64,000 bases of DNA. Origin: Tubulanus polymorphus. Lineage: Eukaryota; Animalia; Nemertea. Where the stretch lies: positions 17,416,950 through 17,480,949 of the forward strand of contig NC_134029.1 of assembly GCF_964204645.1 (NCBI RefSeq), written 5' to 3'. The notes under the pieces are model-generated. The model was not told the origin of the DNA. It worked only from the letters and a program-made list of their open reading frames with translations, and searched no databases. Position numbers and translations under genes: made by a program. This document shows positions 13,401-44,654 of this stretch, one piece after another. The stretch's first letter is position 1. Each line of letters starts with the position of its first letter.

Positions 13401-14967
13401 ATTCTAAACTAAAAGGAGAAATTACAGTGTAGGTATAATTACTCCAAAGATTTTAGAAATCAAGGTAAGTCTACTCAAATGCTATTCACCTTCGAGTTAG
13501 ATGATTCAAAATGATTTAGAGTCTAAACACAAACTTTTTACCTACAGCTAAGTAGCCGGTACCTCTGAATACAAGGGAATTCATGCGATTCATGTGAGGG
13601 GATAAATATTTTGGGGCCAGGCCTTCAGTACTGGTAAAAATCAAGATTCTTATTTCATTTGACGAGTTTATGTAGAACCCCCTTTCCATAGCAAATTTGT
13701 TGCTTTTTTGGTGTTTTTATAAACATTTAGTTTTCATTTTTATCTGTCTGACCTGTCAGACCTACAGCAAAGTCAGCATGTATTTGTTGATATAATAGTG
13801 GAAGGTGAGAGGCTATTTTTCACATATATTTAGGTAGAGTGAGATTATTTGGTAATAGGTGAATGTGGGGTGTTAATAAGTACCTGGTATGGTATTACAT
13901 GTACATGCATAATTAACTTTGTACATCCAACCAATTTGTCCAGTTAGAATTATGTAGATATAATATGCATGTATACAGTAACAATGCAATAGCATACTCA
14001 GATATACCAGTATATCATAATTTTCACCGTTCATTTCGATGTGCTAAAAATTCTGACTTAAAATAAATCCAACATTTTCAGGGTAACACCAATGTTGGAA
14101 AAAAAAACATTGAAAATTCGCATTAACATTTTCATTAATGCTTTTAACTACCAAAAGAACTCAAAATTAACAACAGCTTAAATATAGTTAGGTAGGTCCT
14201 CCTGCATGATGATAGCTGAAGATAATGAGTAAACCATAGAACTATAAGCAAATGGGAAAGCCTCAAAAATTTGCTAGGCAATGCTAGTAATCTTGTGATT
14301 CGTTCAGCACCTCACTCTTAGTGATGAACGATGGATATTCTAGACTAAATTTGCCAGTCTCAATTCTTAATTAGCGTTTTTCATTTGTAAGTCTTGAAAT
14401 CTTGAAAAACGCTATCCTCAATGCTCGCGGAGAAAATATTACCAAGAATCTATTGGTTATCCCAGACAGCGAGGGCCCTGGTTAATTTCAAAGATCGCAA
14501 AGGCAAATGTATGGTGACATCACAGAGTCAGCGTTGAGTAAACCAATGCAATAATACTGACTCTCCTTGGGTGAATCTAGGGGGCAGTTCTACCTCTTAC
14601 CTGCTTGGTTCATTTTTATCTCCTCTAATTGCTCTTTATTCTTAGTAGGCCCCTGCCATTTAGATCGCCCTACTTCCTACAATGATTGTCATGGTGGTAA
14701 AATTTTACCCCAGAAATCTATCATTAGAAGGCTCAATAACAAGATAATAAATCCTAACTACAGTATGTTTCTTATGGTTGTTTAAGTTGTCAAACCTTCA
14801 ATTACTCAAAAACTAGATAATCAGGTACCATTATGCTATGCATAGCAAATTATAATGAGTACGAACATCAAGGTACACCTATCACACTACAATCTAATAA
14901 ATGGGATTCTGGTAAACCTGAGGGTTGCTCCGATTTTTGTAATGCAGTCTTAGCTAAGTCGGATTAT

Positions 14968-15175
14968 AGCTACATCTACACTAGCTCATTGAACCCGGGT
15001 TTCAATGGACGCAGGTTCAACGAAAACCCGCATTCGCAACGAGTAGCGTCTACACTTAACTCAAGAGTCTTTTTCAAGAAGGGTTTCTAAAATCCGGGTT
15101 TTGCGGAAAACTCTGCATTGAATCTGCGTTTTCGAGCGTAGTGTAGACGTATAAGATGCAAGTGTAGACGTAGCT
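14968..15175. mobile_element. MITE, same family as 5235-5568
   Basis: agctacatctacactagc ... gtgtagacgtagct, with shared internal sequence. Confidence 0.6.
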
Positions 15176-16132
15176 TATATGAAGAAAAGCAGACAAACAT
15201 TGCTAGCATTTTCAAAGGAACGATATACATTGTACCAGTGTATATACAAGCAGCGGAGGAACAGCGGAATATGTGTGGAAAACAGCAGTACAATACTTAC
15301 AGACATGCTTACATGTATCAATCTACTCACATCAAACTGTTTCAGAGTTAATAATTCTATTCCTGAGGTTTAAGAGACACTCGCTCATCATAAAGTAGAC
15401 TTCGTGATACTAATTCAACAGACAGCAAAAACATTTACATGTATACACCAGTAACTAAAAATATTCAGTTTATCTAAGAACCAGTGACAGAATTCCCTTA
15501 TTTGGTCCTATCAAACTCCTGGAGCCAGTTTCGCAGGGCAAAATCATGATGTCGCCGACGACAACCTTTTTGGGATTCTCTTGGAATGCATTCATTTCAG
15601 TTTAATCCTGATTAACTCCGTGAAACTGGGACCTGGAATGAAATGAAGTTAAAATTGGGATCATTGCAGCCAAGCCTATCACAGTAGTACTAGCTGCTAG
15701 ACATACGTATATTGAAAATCTGAACGTATTGCTTGCAGTAAAAGCCGAACAGTGAAAAACATAATATCATTCATTACCGAACAAAAGCCTCACATAATTT
15801 ACATAAACTTAAAACTTCCTGCTTTTAACAGTTTTGATTATTTGTATTTGATCCAGCAAAAAGCCCAGCGAAAACAGCGTCAGAAAAACTTAAATGTCTT
15901 TTCAAATGCAAATCAAACACTGCTTGTCGTGCACTTCAGAATACAGCAGAAACTTGTTACAGCCAAATTAAGGGGATATCACATCAAAATTTGAGTTCGT
16001 TATGACCAATAAAAACACAACGTCGAAGTTTGCAAAAGCCTTGAAAACATTGGGCAACATTTTTTGTGTCGCTTTTCGCAATATCGGACATTCGTTCGTT
16101 AACTTCTACGCTCTAATTTGTGACGACTCGCA

Positions 16133-35352
<19,220 letters not shown>

Positions 35353-36237
35353 TTTCTTTCCTGTTCATCATGATTACTACACTAGAGCCTAGTAGTAGGC
35401 CCGCTTAGAGGAAATTTGGACGGGGGAACATTGCTTTTTTCGCTTTCTATTTTGACAGTAAAGCCAGCGGACGTTAAGGACAGTTTTGACAGATGTAAGT
35501 TAGCGACCGATTCGCTCCATTCAATTCAAATCAATTTCTTTCGGACAAAAATAAGACCTATAGGCCTACAAGATTTGGTATCGATATTGCCGCCTGATAT
35601 AGGCCTAACGTTATATTGAAATAAAGTAAACTTTACCATACAAGTAATTTAGAAACAGTATTCTGAAGCAGGTCTGCAATATAATCCATTGGCCACCAAA
35701 AAAGTCCGATGCCGAATATTAGGGTGTGATATAAAATACGGTTGCTACCATTTTCGAAACAGGTTAAACTGCAGCTATGCAGCATGTCCCGTGAGAGGAC
35801 CTGGGGCCTGTGACGGGACAAGGATGTCCCGTCACAGGTCCCGATGGAAAATGAAAACTTTGCATTTCGTAGACGAAATGTCGAAAGAAACTGCACTCGA
35901 TTGGTTACTATATACACTCAAAATAATGTTAAGAACATGTTAATAATCGAAATTTGTTCGTAATTTTATTATTTCAGATCAATGATATCATCAAATCGAA
36001 ACATTAAATGTAATAATGAAGATCGGATCAAGAGAAGACAGAACCACAGCTATCGAAATTTCAATTTTTAGTGTATAGACTGACTCATACTATCGAAAAT
36101 AAAGTGAATGTATCTTGACAATTTTGGTGCCAATGGTGTTAGTAACCGTTTGTTAAGCGTTACACTGCAAACAAAAGTAAAAGTGGAGGGGGGCAACTTA
36201 ATGGCCCTAGATCACTCTCGAGAGAGAATTCAAAGTG

Positions 36238-36988
36238 AGGGACCCGATTCAACACACTGTCCCGTGAGAAGACCCGATTCAACTTACTGTCCCGTGAGAG
36301 GACCCGATTTCAAATACTGTCCCGTGAGAGGACCCGATTCAACACACTGTCCCGTGAGAGGGCCCGATTTTAAATGCTGTCCCGTGGGAGGACTCGATTC
36401 AACACACTGTCCCGTGAGAGGACCTGATTCAACACACTGTCCCGTGAGAGGACCCGATTTCAAATAATGTCCCGTGAGAGGGCCCGATTCAACACACTGT
36501 CCCGTGAGAGGACCCGATTTTAAATACTGTCCCGTGAGAGGACCCGGTTCAACACACTCTCCCGTGAGAGGACCCTATTTTAAATACTGTCCCGCGAAGG
36601 AACCCGATTTTAAATACTGTCCCGCGAGAGGGCCCGATTCAACACACTGTCCCGTGAGAGGACCCGGTTTCAAATAATGTCCCGCGAGAGGGCCCGTATC
36701 AACACACTGTCCCGTGAGAGGACCCGATTTTAAATACTGTCCCGTGAGAAGACCCGAATCAACTTGCTGTCCCGTGAGAGGGCCCGGTTTCAAATAATGT
36801 CCCGTGAGAGGGCCCGATTCAACACACTGTCCCGTGAGAGGACCCGATTTCTAATACTGTCCCGTGAGAGGACCCGAATCAACTTGCTGTCCCGTGAGAG
36901 GACCCGGTTTCAAATAATGTCCCGTGAGAGGACCCGATTCAACACACTGTCCCGTGAGAGGACCCGATTCAACACACTGTCCCGTGAG
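36238..36988 (+). repeat. 30-bp tandem array, left (~25 units)
   Basis: Unit GACCCGATT(CAACACA/TTAAATA)CTGTCCCGTGAGAG. Confidence 0.95.
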
Positions 36989-37420
36989 CCAAAAGTTGTT
37001 GAATGAGTATCTTTATGACAAATAGTGAATATTGGTGGAATATTTCTCTATTTTGATTTGTAGGTGTCCGGCGAACGACAGGACCAAGACGATGACGTGG
37101 GCGATGATATTTCAAACGTGAGTCAAAAGTTGTTGAATAAATATCTTTATGACAAATAGTGAATATTGGTGGAATATTTCTCTATTTTGATTTATAGGTA
37201 TCCGGCGAACGACAGGACCAAGACGACGACGTGGACGATGATATTTCAAACGTGAGTCAAAAGTTGTTGAACGAAAAGTTGTTGAATAAATATCTTTATG
37301 ACAAATAGTGAATATTGTTGGAATATTTCTCTATTTTGATTTATAGGTGTCCGGCGAACGACAGGACCAAGACGATGACGTGGGCGATGATATTTCAAAC
37401 GTGAGCCAAAAGTTGTTGCA
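36984..37420 (+). repeat. ~134-bp tandem triplication of an intron plus mini-exon unit
   Basis: Three copies of gtgag(t/c)caaaagttgttgaa...tag|GT(G/A)TCCGGCGAACGACAGGACCAAGAC...TCAAAC. Confidence 0.9.
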
Positions 37421-39678
37421 TGAAAACTTCAATGTACAATATGAAAAAATGATCAAATATTGAAAAAAAATATATTTTACTGTATGAAATTACAGGTGTC
37501 CGCAGAAGACGGCTGGCTTAGATTGTATGACGACGTCTTTGATATACAAAATCTCACCGAGGCAGAACAGATTAAAATCAGTATGAAGTTATCACTCAAA
37601 GAGTCACATCTCCGTCAGAGTGCAGAGAAAAGGCTTCAATCTCTAGTTTCCGAATCCAATCTGAATATTGTGTCGGTCGCGGATGACGGAAGCTGCTTTT
37701 TTTGCAGCTGTTGTCGAACAATTGAGGCGAGAAAACGTTGACATAACAGCACATGAGCTACGATTAATGGCTGTTTCATACCTTTCTGAAAATAGATATT
37801 GCGCTGTAAGTAAATTAAAAACCCATTGATATATCAAGACAGACTACAATAAATATTATATACACATATTATGGTTTGCTTCGCTGGATGGGGCTGATAA
37901 GGCCGACTTTCTGGAGTCTCATCTGACATGGCCATTATATCTTAATAAAATGAGACAAAAAGCCACCTGGGCCGATGCTTTAGTTGTCCGTGCCACAGCT
38001 GACTGTTAAGGGAGACCAATGGTACTATATACCAGTTCAGAGCAGTCAAACATCAATATGATAGATCCTGTCGAATGTAAAAATGCTGAACCCATCTTAC
38101 TAGGGCATATTCAAGATATTCACTACGTTGCCCTAGTAAAAAGGAGCTATATCCCAAGACGACGCGTGTCAGTCGAGAGTGTCAGAGGGTAACCTTGCGG
38201 CCTAACCCACGGAAGACGGTAAGTTGATAGTATATGCCACCCCTTCTGACTATTTGGCAAAAATAATACAGCCATCAGAAGCCTTGTTCATGTCAGCTAA
38301 GGGTTAATTAATTGAATTTCATAGCGTCAAAGTGACAGTTACCTCTGAGAACCGCAGAAAAAAAGAAGACGGGTTGTCGATAAAGGAATCTACTGCGTTT
38401 GCAAGAAACCAGATGATGGAAGGTAAAGCTTAATTATATCATATAAGATCAGGCTGTTGTTTTAAGATTCAGTCGTCATTGTCGAAAAAATCTTTTACCT
38501 TCACTTTCACTTTCACTTACCTTCACTTTCAAAATTTTCTGCATTTGCATTTTAGGAAGTATTTGCAATGCGATGAATGTAGTGGGTGGTTCCATCCGAA
38601 ATGTATTGGTCTGAACGAAGATACTGTGGAGAAAATTGACTATAGATGCGAAACGTGTTTTCAGGTAAGCGATGAACTAAAAAAATATTTTGATCAAATA
38701 AGCTATGCCTATATCCTTGCTATGCTATCCTTTTATACAATGTGATTGCATTCTTTTTATATAGGTACCTAAACGATTCATTAAGAGTCAGGTATGGAAT
38801 CCGATACATAATGCATACGAAACTCTTGCCATTTTCCACTAGAAAGCAATGAATCAAATGTTTTTCTTTTCGCAGCTTGGCGCGGTTGAATATCACGTTT
38901 CTCGTATAATTAATGCCGAGATAAAAGACAAGAGGTAAATATTGTACCTTAGTAGAAATCTCGCCAGTTTGTTGAATTTTTCAAACTTTTGTTGATAATA
39001 TACAATCTTTGGTTTCAGAAGGCCGGAATTCAGGAGACATTTGGACTTGATTAACAAAGACCATGAAAGAGCCGAAAAAGAACTGAAAGGATATGGCTAT
39101 GGACTTTTAACTGATGGGGTAAGCATTGATAACAGAAAATATGAAATGCGTACAAATAAATGAGCTTTCTTTCGATCATCGTAATATTCAATATTTTAAA
39201 GGGCCATGCATATCTCTATAGTGTAATGAAATCATACGTCAGCCCTACCTTTGCGGACAAATCGTAAGTATATACATGAATCAGACGTGAAGTTTTTTTA
39301 CTATATTTCGAAATGATAATCAATTCATTTCAATTACAGGAAACCATATTCAACTCGCTACATGACCCTCCGACAACATCATTCTAAAATGCTGAATTCA
39401 GTTTTTAAAGAAGGAAAGACGTAAGTTCATTCTCATCTTCTATTGCTAATTTCTTAAAAGAATTTCATCCATGTTATATTCATTGTATTAAAATATTTTT
39501 CAGGTCAGCAGTAACGTATGTTAATGACGTTTTGCTTAAAGAGGCCATTTGTTTATTGGTGTCAACCTACCGAAATATCACATACAACGAGGCTGATATT
39601 CTTGGAAGAAGAACAGAGGCCAAAAAACTAAAAGATGTACAACGACTAATGTCCAAATACTTCTTGCCAGATTATTGA
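37064..39678 (+). pseudogene. Element-borne multi-exon gene: acidic repeats, UIM-like helix, OTU deubiquitinase, PHD finger, PWWP3A/MUM1-C-like domain
   Basis: Exons 37064-37117, 37198-37251, 37347-37400, 37496-37805 (VADDGSCFF/AAVVEQL), ~37885-38218 (YLNKMRQKATWAD...LLGHIQDIHYVAL), 38325-38422 plus 38556-38664 (IYCVCKKPDDGR/KYLQCDECSGWFHPKC...YRCETC), 38765-38791, 38876-38934, 39019-39118, 39340-39420, 39504-39678 (YVNDVLLKEAICLL). Lesions: extra T near 37700, TAA near 38008, TGA near 38347, a missing acceptor AG near 37884, and a frameshift near 39360. Confidence 0.8.
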
Positions 39679-40604
39679 AGAGTGAAGCAGTTTTCGATTC
39701 TTAAATGGGAGCTGTTGTAGATTGGTTATCCCGTAATGATTGTATTCTATGGAATAAGTTTTCTTGTTGCGATGAACTTTTGGATTGCTAGAGATGGTCT
39801 TTGCTGAATTTTGGTAATGGTTTTAATAGGAACCAGATTGTGACATGGATGTTTGAATTGTTGAAATGCTGTCCAGTCTTCTAATAGATGTGTGTAGTAT
39901 ATAGCCTATAGAAGTTCTTTGCAATGATGTTTCAGAAGTTATGAATGATGGTTGAAAGATTCCAGCCGGGGCCGAGATGGTATTGTAAATTGTTGTTAAT
40001 TAGTGGATCGTTTTATCTGCCTGGTTTGTTGTCGATGTCTTATGCTGTGTACTACTTCGTGTTAAATATTATTTTTGTATTGTGTCTTAACAGACAAGGG
40101 CGTTTTCTGTCATCCAATATGAAATGATAATTTTTGGTTCAAATTATAATACATCTATCCGGAATTGGGAAATATTGCTGAAGAGTAAAAGGGGAAATAT
40201 GAAAGAATTGATGATAACCTTTTTTACCGTGTAAAGTAATAATTAATAATTAAATGATAAGTAATAATTTAGTTTGGCGACAAAGATTTAGTAATCTAAA
40301 ATGCTAAATTGATTTCGAATTCCAACGTATGTTGTTTATGTTCAAATATGAATAATATAGTCTTCGAATGTAATATGGTTTACAGATTTTGATAAATAAA
40401 TAACTGAACATAATTTCACATATATACGATTTGTTTTATGTTTTAAGGGGACATAGCCAATTTGGCTTTTAGTACGTACATCCAGCCATCATTGTACGCA
40501 TATTGTTGAAATAATAATTTCTTGTTGTAATTTTTATATATGGCAAAAATGCATTATCATTATGAACATGGGACTCAACATTGACAAAGTGGACAATTTC
40601 ATTA

Positions 40605-42538
40605 GTCCTCTCACGGGACAGTGTGTTGAACCGAGTCCTCTCACGTGACATTCTTTGAAACCAGGTCCTCTCACGGAACAGTAAGTTGATTCGGGTCCTC
40701 TCACGGGACAGTGTGTTGAATCGGGTCCTCTCACGGGACAGTATGTTGAATCGGGTCCTCTCACGGGACATTATTTAAAAGCGGGCCCTCTCACGGGACA
40801 GTGTGTTGAATCGGGTCCTCTCACGGGACAGAGTGTTGAATCGGGCCCTCTCACGTGACATTATTTGAAACCAGGTCCTCTCACGGGACAGTGTGTTGAA
40901 CCGAGTCCTCTCACGTGACATTCTTTGAAACCAGGTCCTCTCACGGGACAGTAAGTTGATTCGGGTCCTCTCACGGGACAGTGTGTTGAATCGGGTCCTC
41001 TCACGGGACAGTATGTTGAATCGGGTCCTCTCACGGGACAGTATTTAAAATAGGGTCCACTTACGGGACAGTGTGTTGAATCGGGTCCTCTCACGGGACA
41101 GTGTGTTGAACCGGGTCCTCTCACGGGACAGTATTTAAAATCGGGTTCCTTCGCGGGACAGTATTTAAAATAGGGTCCTCTCACGGGACAGTGTGTTGAA
41201 TCGGGTCCTCTCACGGGACAGTGTGTTGAACCGGGTCCTCTCACGGGACAGTATTTAAAATCGGGTTCCTTCGCGGGACAGTATTTAAAATAGGGTCCTC
41301 TCACGGGACAGTGTGTTGATTCGGGTCCTCTCACGGGACAGTGTGTTGAATCGGGTCCTCTCACGGGACAGTATTTAAAATAGGGTCCTCTAACGGGACA
41401 GTATTTAAAATCGGGTCCTCTCACGGGACAGTGTGTTGAACCGGGTCCTCTCACGTGACATTATTTGAAACCAGGTCCTCTCACGGAACAGTAAGTTGAT
41501 CCGGGTCCTCTCACGGGACATTATTTGAAACCAGGTCCTCTCACGGGACAGTGTGTTGAATCGGGTCCTCTCACGGGACAGTATTTAAAATCGGGTTCCT
41601 TCGCGGGACAGTATTTAAAATAGGGTCCTCTCGCGGGACAGTGTGTTGAATCGGGTCCTCTCACGGGACAGTATTTAAAATCGGGTTCCTTCGCGGGACA
41701 GTATTTAAAATAGGGTCCTCTCACGGGACAGTGTGTTGAACCGGGTCCTCTAACGGGACAGTATTCAAAATCGGGTCCTCTCACGGGACAGTGTGTTGAA
41801 TCGGGTCCTCTCACGGGACAGTATTTAAAATCGGGTTCCTTCACGGGACAGTATTTAAAATAGGGTCCTCTCACGGGACAGTGTGTTGAATCGGGTCCTC
41901 TCACGGGACAGTATTTAAAATAGGGTGCTCTAACGAGACAGTATTCAAAATCGGGTCCTCTCACGGGACAGTGTGTTGAATCGGGCCCTCTCACGTGACA
42001 TTATTTGAAACCAGGTCCTCTCACGGGACAGTAAGTTGATTCGGGTCCTCTCACGGGACAGTGTGTTGAATCGGGTCCTCTCACGGGACAGTATTTAAAA
42101 TCGGGTTCCTTCGCGGGACAGTATTTAAAATAGGGCCCTCTCACGGGACAGTGTGTTGAATCGGGTCCTCTCACGGGACAGTATTTAAAATCGGGTTCCT
42201 TCGCGGGACAGTATTTAAAATAGGGTCCTCTCACGGGACAGTGTGTTGAATCGGGTCCTCTCACGGACAGTATTTAAAATCGGGTTCCTTCGCGGGACAG
42301 TATTTAAAATAGGGTCCTCTCCCGGGACAGTGTGTTGAATCGGGTCCTCTCACGGGACAGTATTTAAAATCGGGTTCCTTCGCGGGACAGTATTTAAAAT
42401 AGGGTCCTCTAACGGGACAGTATTCAAAATCGGGTCCTCTCACGGAACAGTGTGTTTAATCGGGTCCTCTCACGGGACAGTATTTAAAATCGGGTCCTCT
42501 CACGGGACATTGTGTTGAATCGGGACCTCTCACGGGAC
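40605..42538 (-). repeat. 30-bp tandem array, right (~64 units), inverted relative to the left array
   Basis: Unit GGGTCCTCTCACGGGACAGT(GTGTTGAA/ATTTAAAA)TC, the reverse complement of the left unit. Confidence 0.95.
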
Positions 42539-43432
42539 GGTAACTTGAATCGCGGGTTCCGTTGTAAAATCCTGCGTGAAAAACGTGCATTCATATCCCC
42601 TATTGTCCCCCTGGCCCTGCAGTAAATTAGAATTTTTCGGTAGGCCCTTATGTATTTATAAATGAAATCAAAATGGAAAATGTAATAATTACAATCGATA
42701 GTTGAATTTATTTATTCATAATCGTTATAGGCAGAATACATAAGAATATATAAGGGACTCGAAACCGCTAGCATTGGAATCGACGTTTCATGTAAGAATT
42801 CTACATTTGTCCCGTGAGAGGACCCATGTCCCGTCACAGGCCCGGGTCCTCTCACGGGACGCTGCAGTTTAACTCATATGCCATTTTCCTGATGGTGGCT
42901 CAAGGTTGAAGAGCGTTTGAAAAAAAATATGACCTTACTTTCCTCCAAGATTTAAGCATGCATCTCAAATGTAGGTTGAGGATTGGGATAGGGTTTAGGC
43001 TAATTAGTAGAGCAGGTGTGGAAAATCCTCTCGCATTTCTCATTCAATTCTTCTCATCCTGGCTAAATCATATTCTTTGCCGCAAAGTCTTTGGCCTAAA
43101 ATAGGTCCAAAAATGACCATCATCATCATGACCCATGTCATGGATGCCAGTCTGTCTATAGGCCTAGTAATGTCTATTTCAACCTGACTTGAGAGCATTC
43201 CGGGTGGCCTAGCTCACTTATTTTTGGTAGTACATACCTGATAAAGGTCTTAGTAGGACCTAGTTAGTTACCTAATCGTTGGTGGTAAGCTTTTTATAAT
43301 CGGATGCGCTTATACCAACGTTAGGGATCACAAGGGCCAAAACACGGTTGAAAAAAGAAACACTTCAAAAATATACTTTTTATCCACTTCAGTCCACAAT
43401 TAATGGCTTAATTCACAAACTAACACAGGTAC

Positions 43433-43890
43433 CTTTCGAAATAATCCAATTTTATGCATGTTTCGAGTGATTAATCAACATTATTTTGAAAAATTAATTA
43501 ATTTCTCCACAAATTTCGCCATTGGCCGCCATTTCTCTGTATTGCACATGTGGCATGATAAGACAAGGGGACCTACAAGGATTTATATAAAACTTCCAAG
43601 ACGAAACGACAATTTTTATTTTTGATGGTTTTCCAACCTATATTTCAAATCTTCGTGTTTTCCTTAATAAACATTTAAATAATAAATTCTGGTAAAAGAA
43701 AAATGGGAATAAGTGTTGATTTCTTAATATTTTTCAATTTCGTTGTTTCGCTTCGTTAGTTTGTGCTGTTGTCCTGGCCTCATTCCACAGGTGCCAGCAC
43801 CTCCAGTAATTTTCAAAATGGCAGATTGTTGACTCTACGGAAATTTACTCTCACTTTACGGCCGATTTGCACATGGATTAAGATCGTCAG
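43433..43890. promoter_or_regulatory. Putative (bidirectional) promoter and non-coding first exons
   Basis: Divergent YY1-like motifs (minus AAATGGCGG at 43526-43534; plus AAAATGGC at 43815-43822). Each is followed by a donor-like site (minus AAG|GTACCT at 43433; plus CAG|GTGAGG at 43890). Confidence 0.4.
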
Positions 43891-44654
43891 GTGAGGTGTT
43901 ATAGGTATCAGACAAACTACGAATCTGTTGTGCGTCGATTACAACAAAAATTAGACGGATATCTTAAGAGACAATGAAATGCCAGGCAAATTACTCGTCA
44001 GTCAAATTGGCTGACGAAGATTTCATACAAAAATGACCTTCCCATTCCTGACTGTGGTTTGTGAAAATATCCGATCGTGAAACTAAACCACAGACAGGTT
44101 ACTGACTAAGTAGGACCAGAAAGGAGTCCACCTTAAACATCAGTGCGACCTCTTGGGTGAGGTACCGGCACATGCTGCGCTAGTTTTTTTTCTGGCAGTG
44201 ATTTTCTCTCATCAAAAATTGATAAAATGGACTCATAGCCTATAAGTGTGCTAAGGTCTATTTATTTTAACAATACAGCGTAAAATGATGGTTTATTCAG
44301 AAAGCACAGTTTCACTGATAGTATCTAGACCAAATTGAGGCCTGTGTGCAAAAGATTAAATAAGAGAAATAAACGCCTGCAAAAAATTTTGATCCCAGAC
44401 AAAAATAAACAGACTTTGCTCGGCTTTAACATGAAACTGTCACCAAAGCCCAGTTGAAAAATCTGCTATTTTGTTTTTTGAAGTGCATCATGATACCTCC
44501 ATCGAACCATTTAACAAATAACTAGTAACTCATTCCCGATACAGGGTCCTTTTTGCGGCGTGTGTTCAAGAAATATCGCATCACAGTTTCAATTATTGCT
44601 TTCTTTGCAGAGAATTTTCCGCAAGTGTTCTGATGATTTAATGACAGTCGGATC

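Larger units (their letters stand above)
35768..42868. mobile_element. 7.1-kb foldback-type DNA element, TTAA-flanked, superfamily unassigned
   Basis: TTAA|ACTGCAGC..GTCCCGTGAGAGGACC.GGGCCTGTGACGGGACA on the left and its reverse complement followed by TTAA on the right. Inverted subterminal 30-bp arrays and an internal decayed gene. Confidence 0.85.

Noticed and set aside
36108-37006. CPVRGPD-repeat ORFs (also 40469-42443)
   Set aside because: Translation artefacts of a 30-bp tandem repeat; stops are scattered and the ORFs occur on both arms.
36238-42538. CRISPR-like appearance of the 30-bp arrays (constant part plus variable part)
   Set aside because: The variable segments are only ~8-10 nt and recur rather than being unique, there are no cas genes, and the context is eukaryotic.
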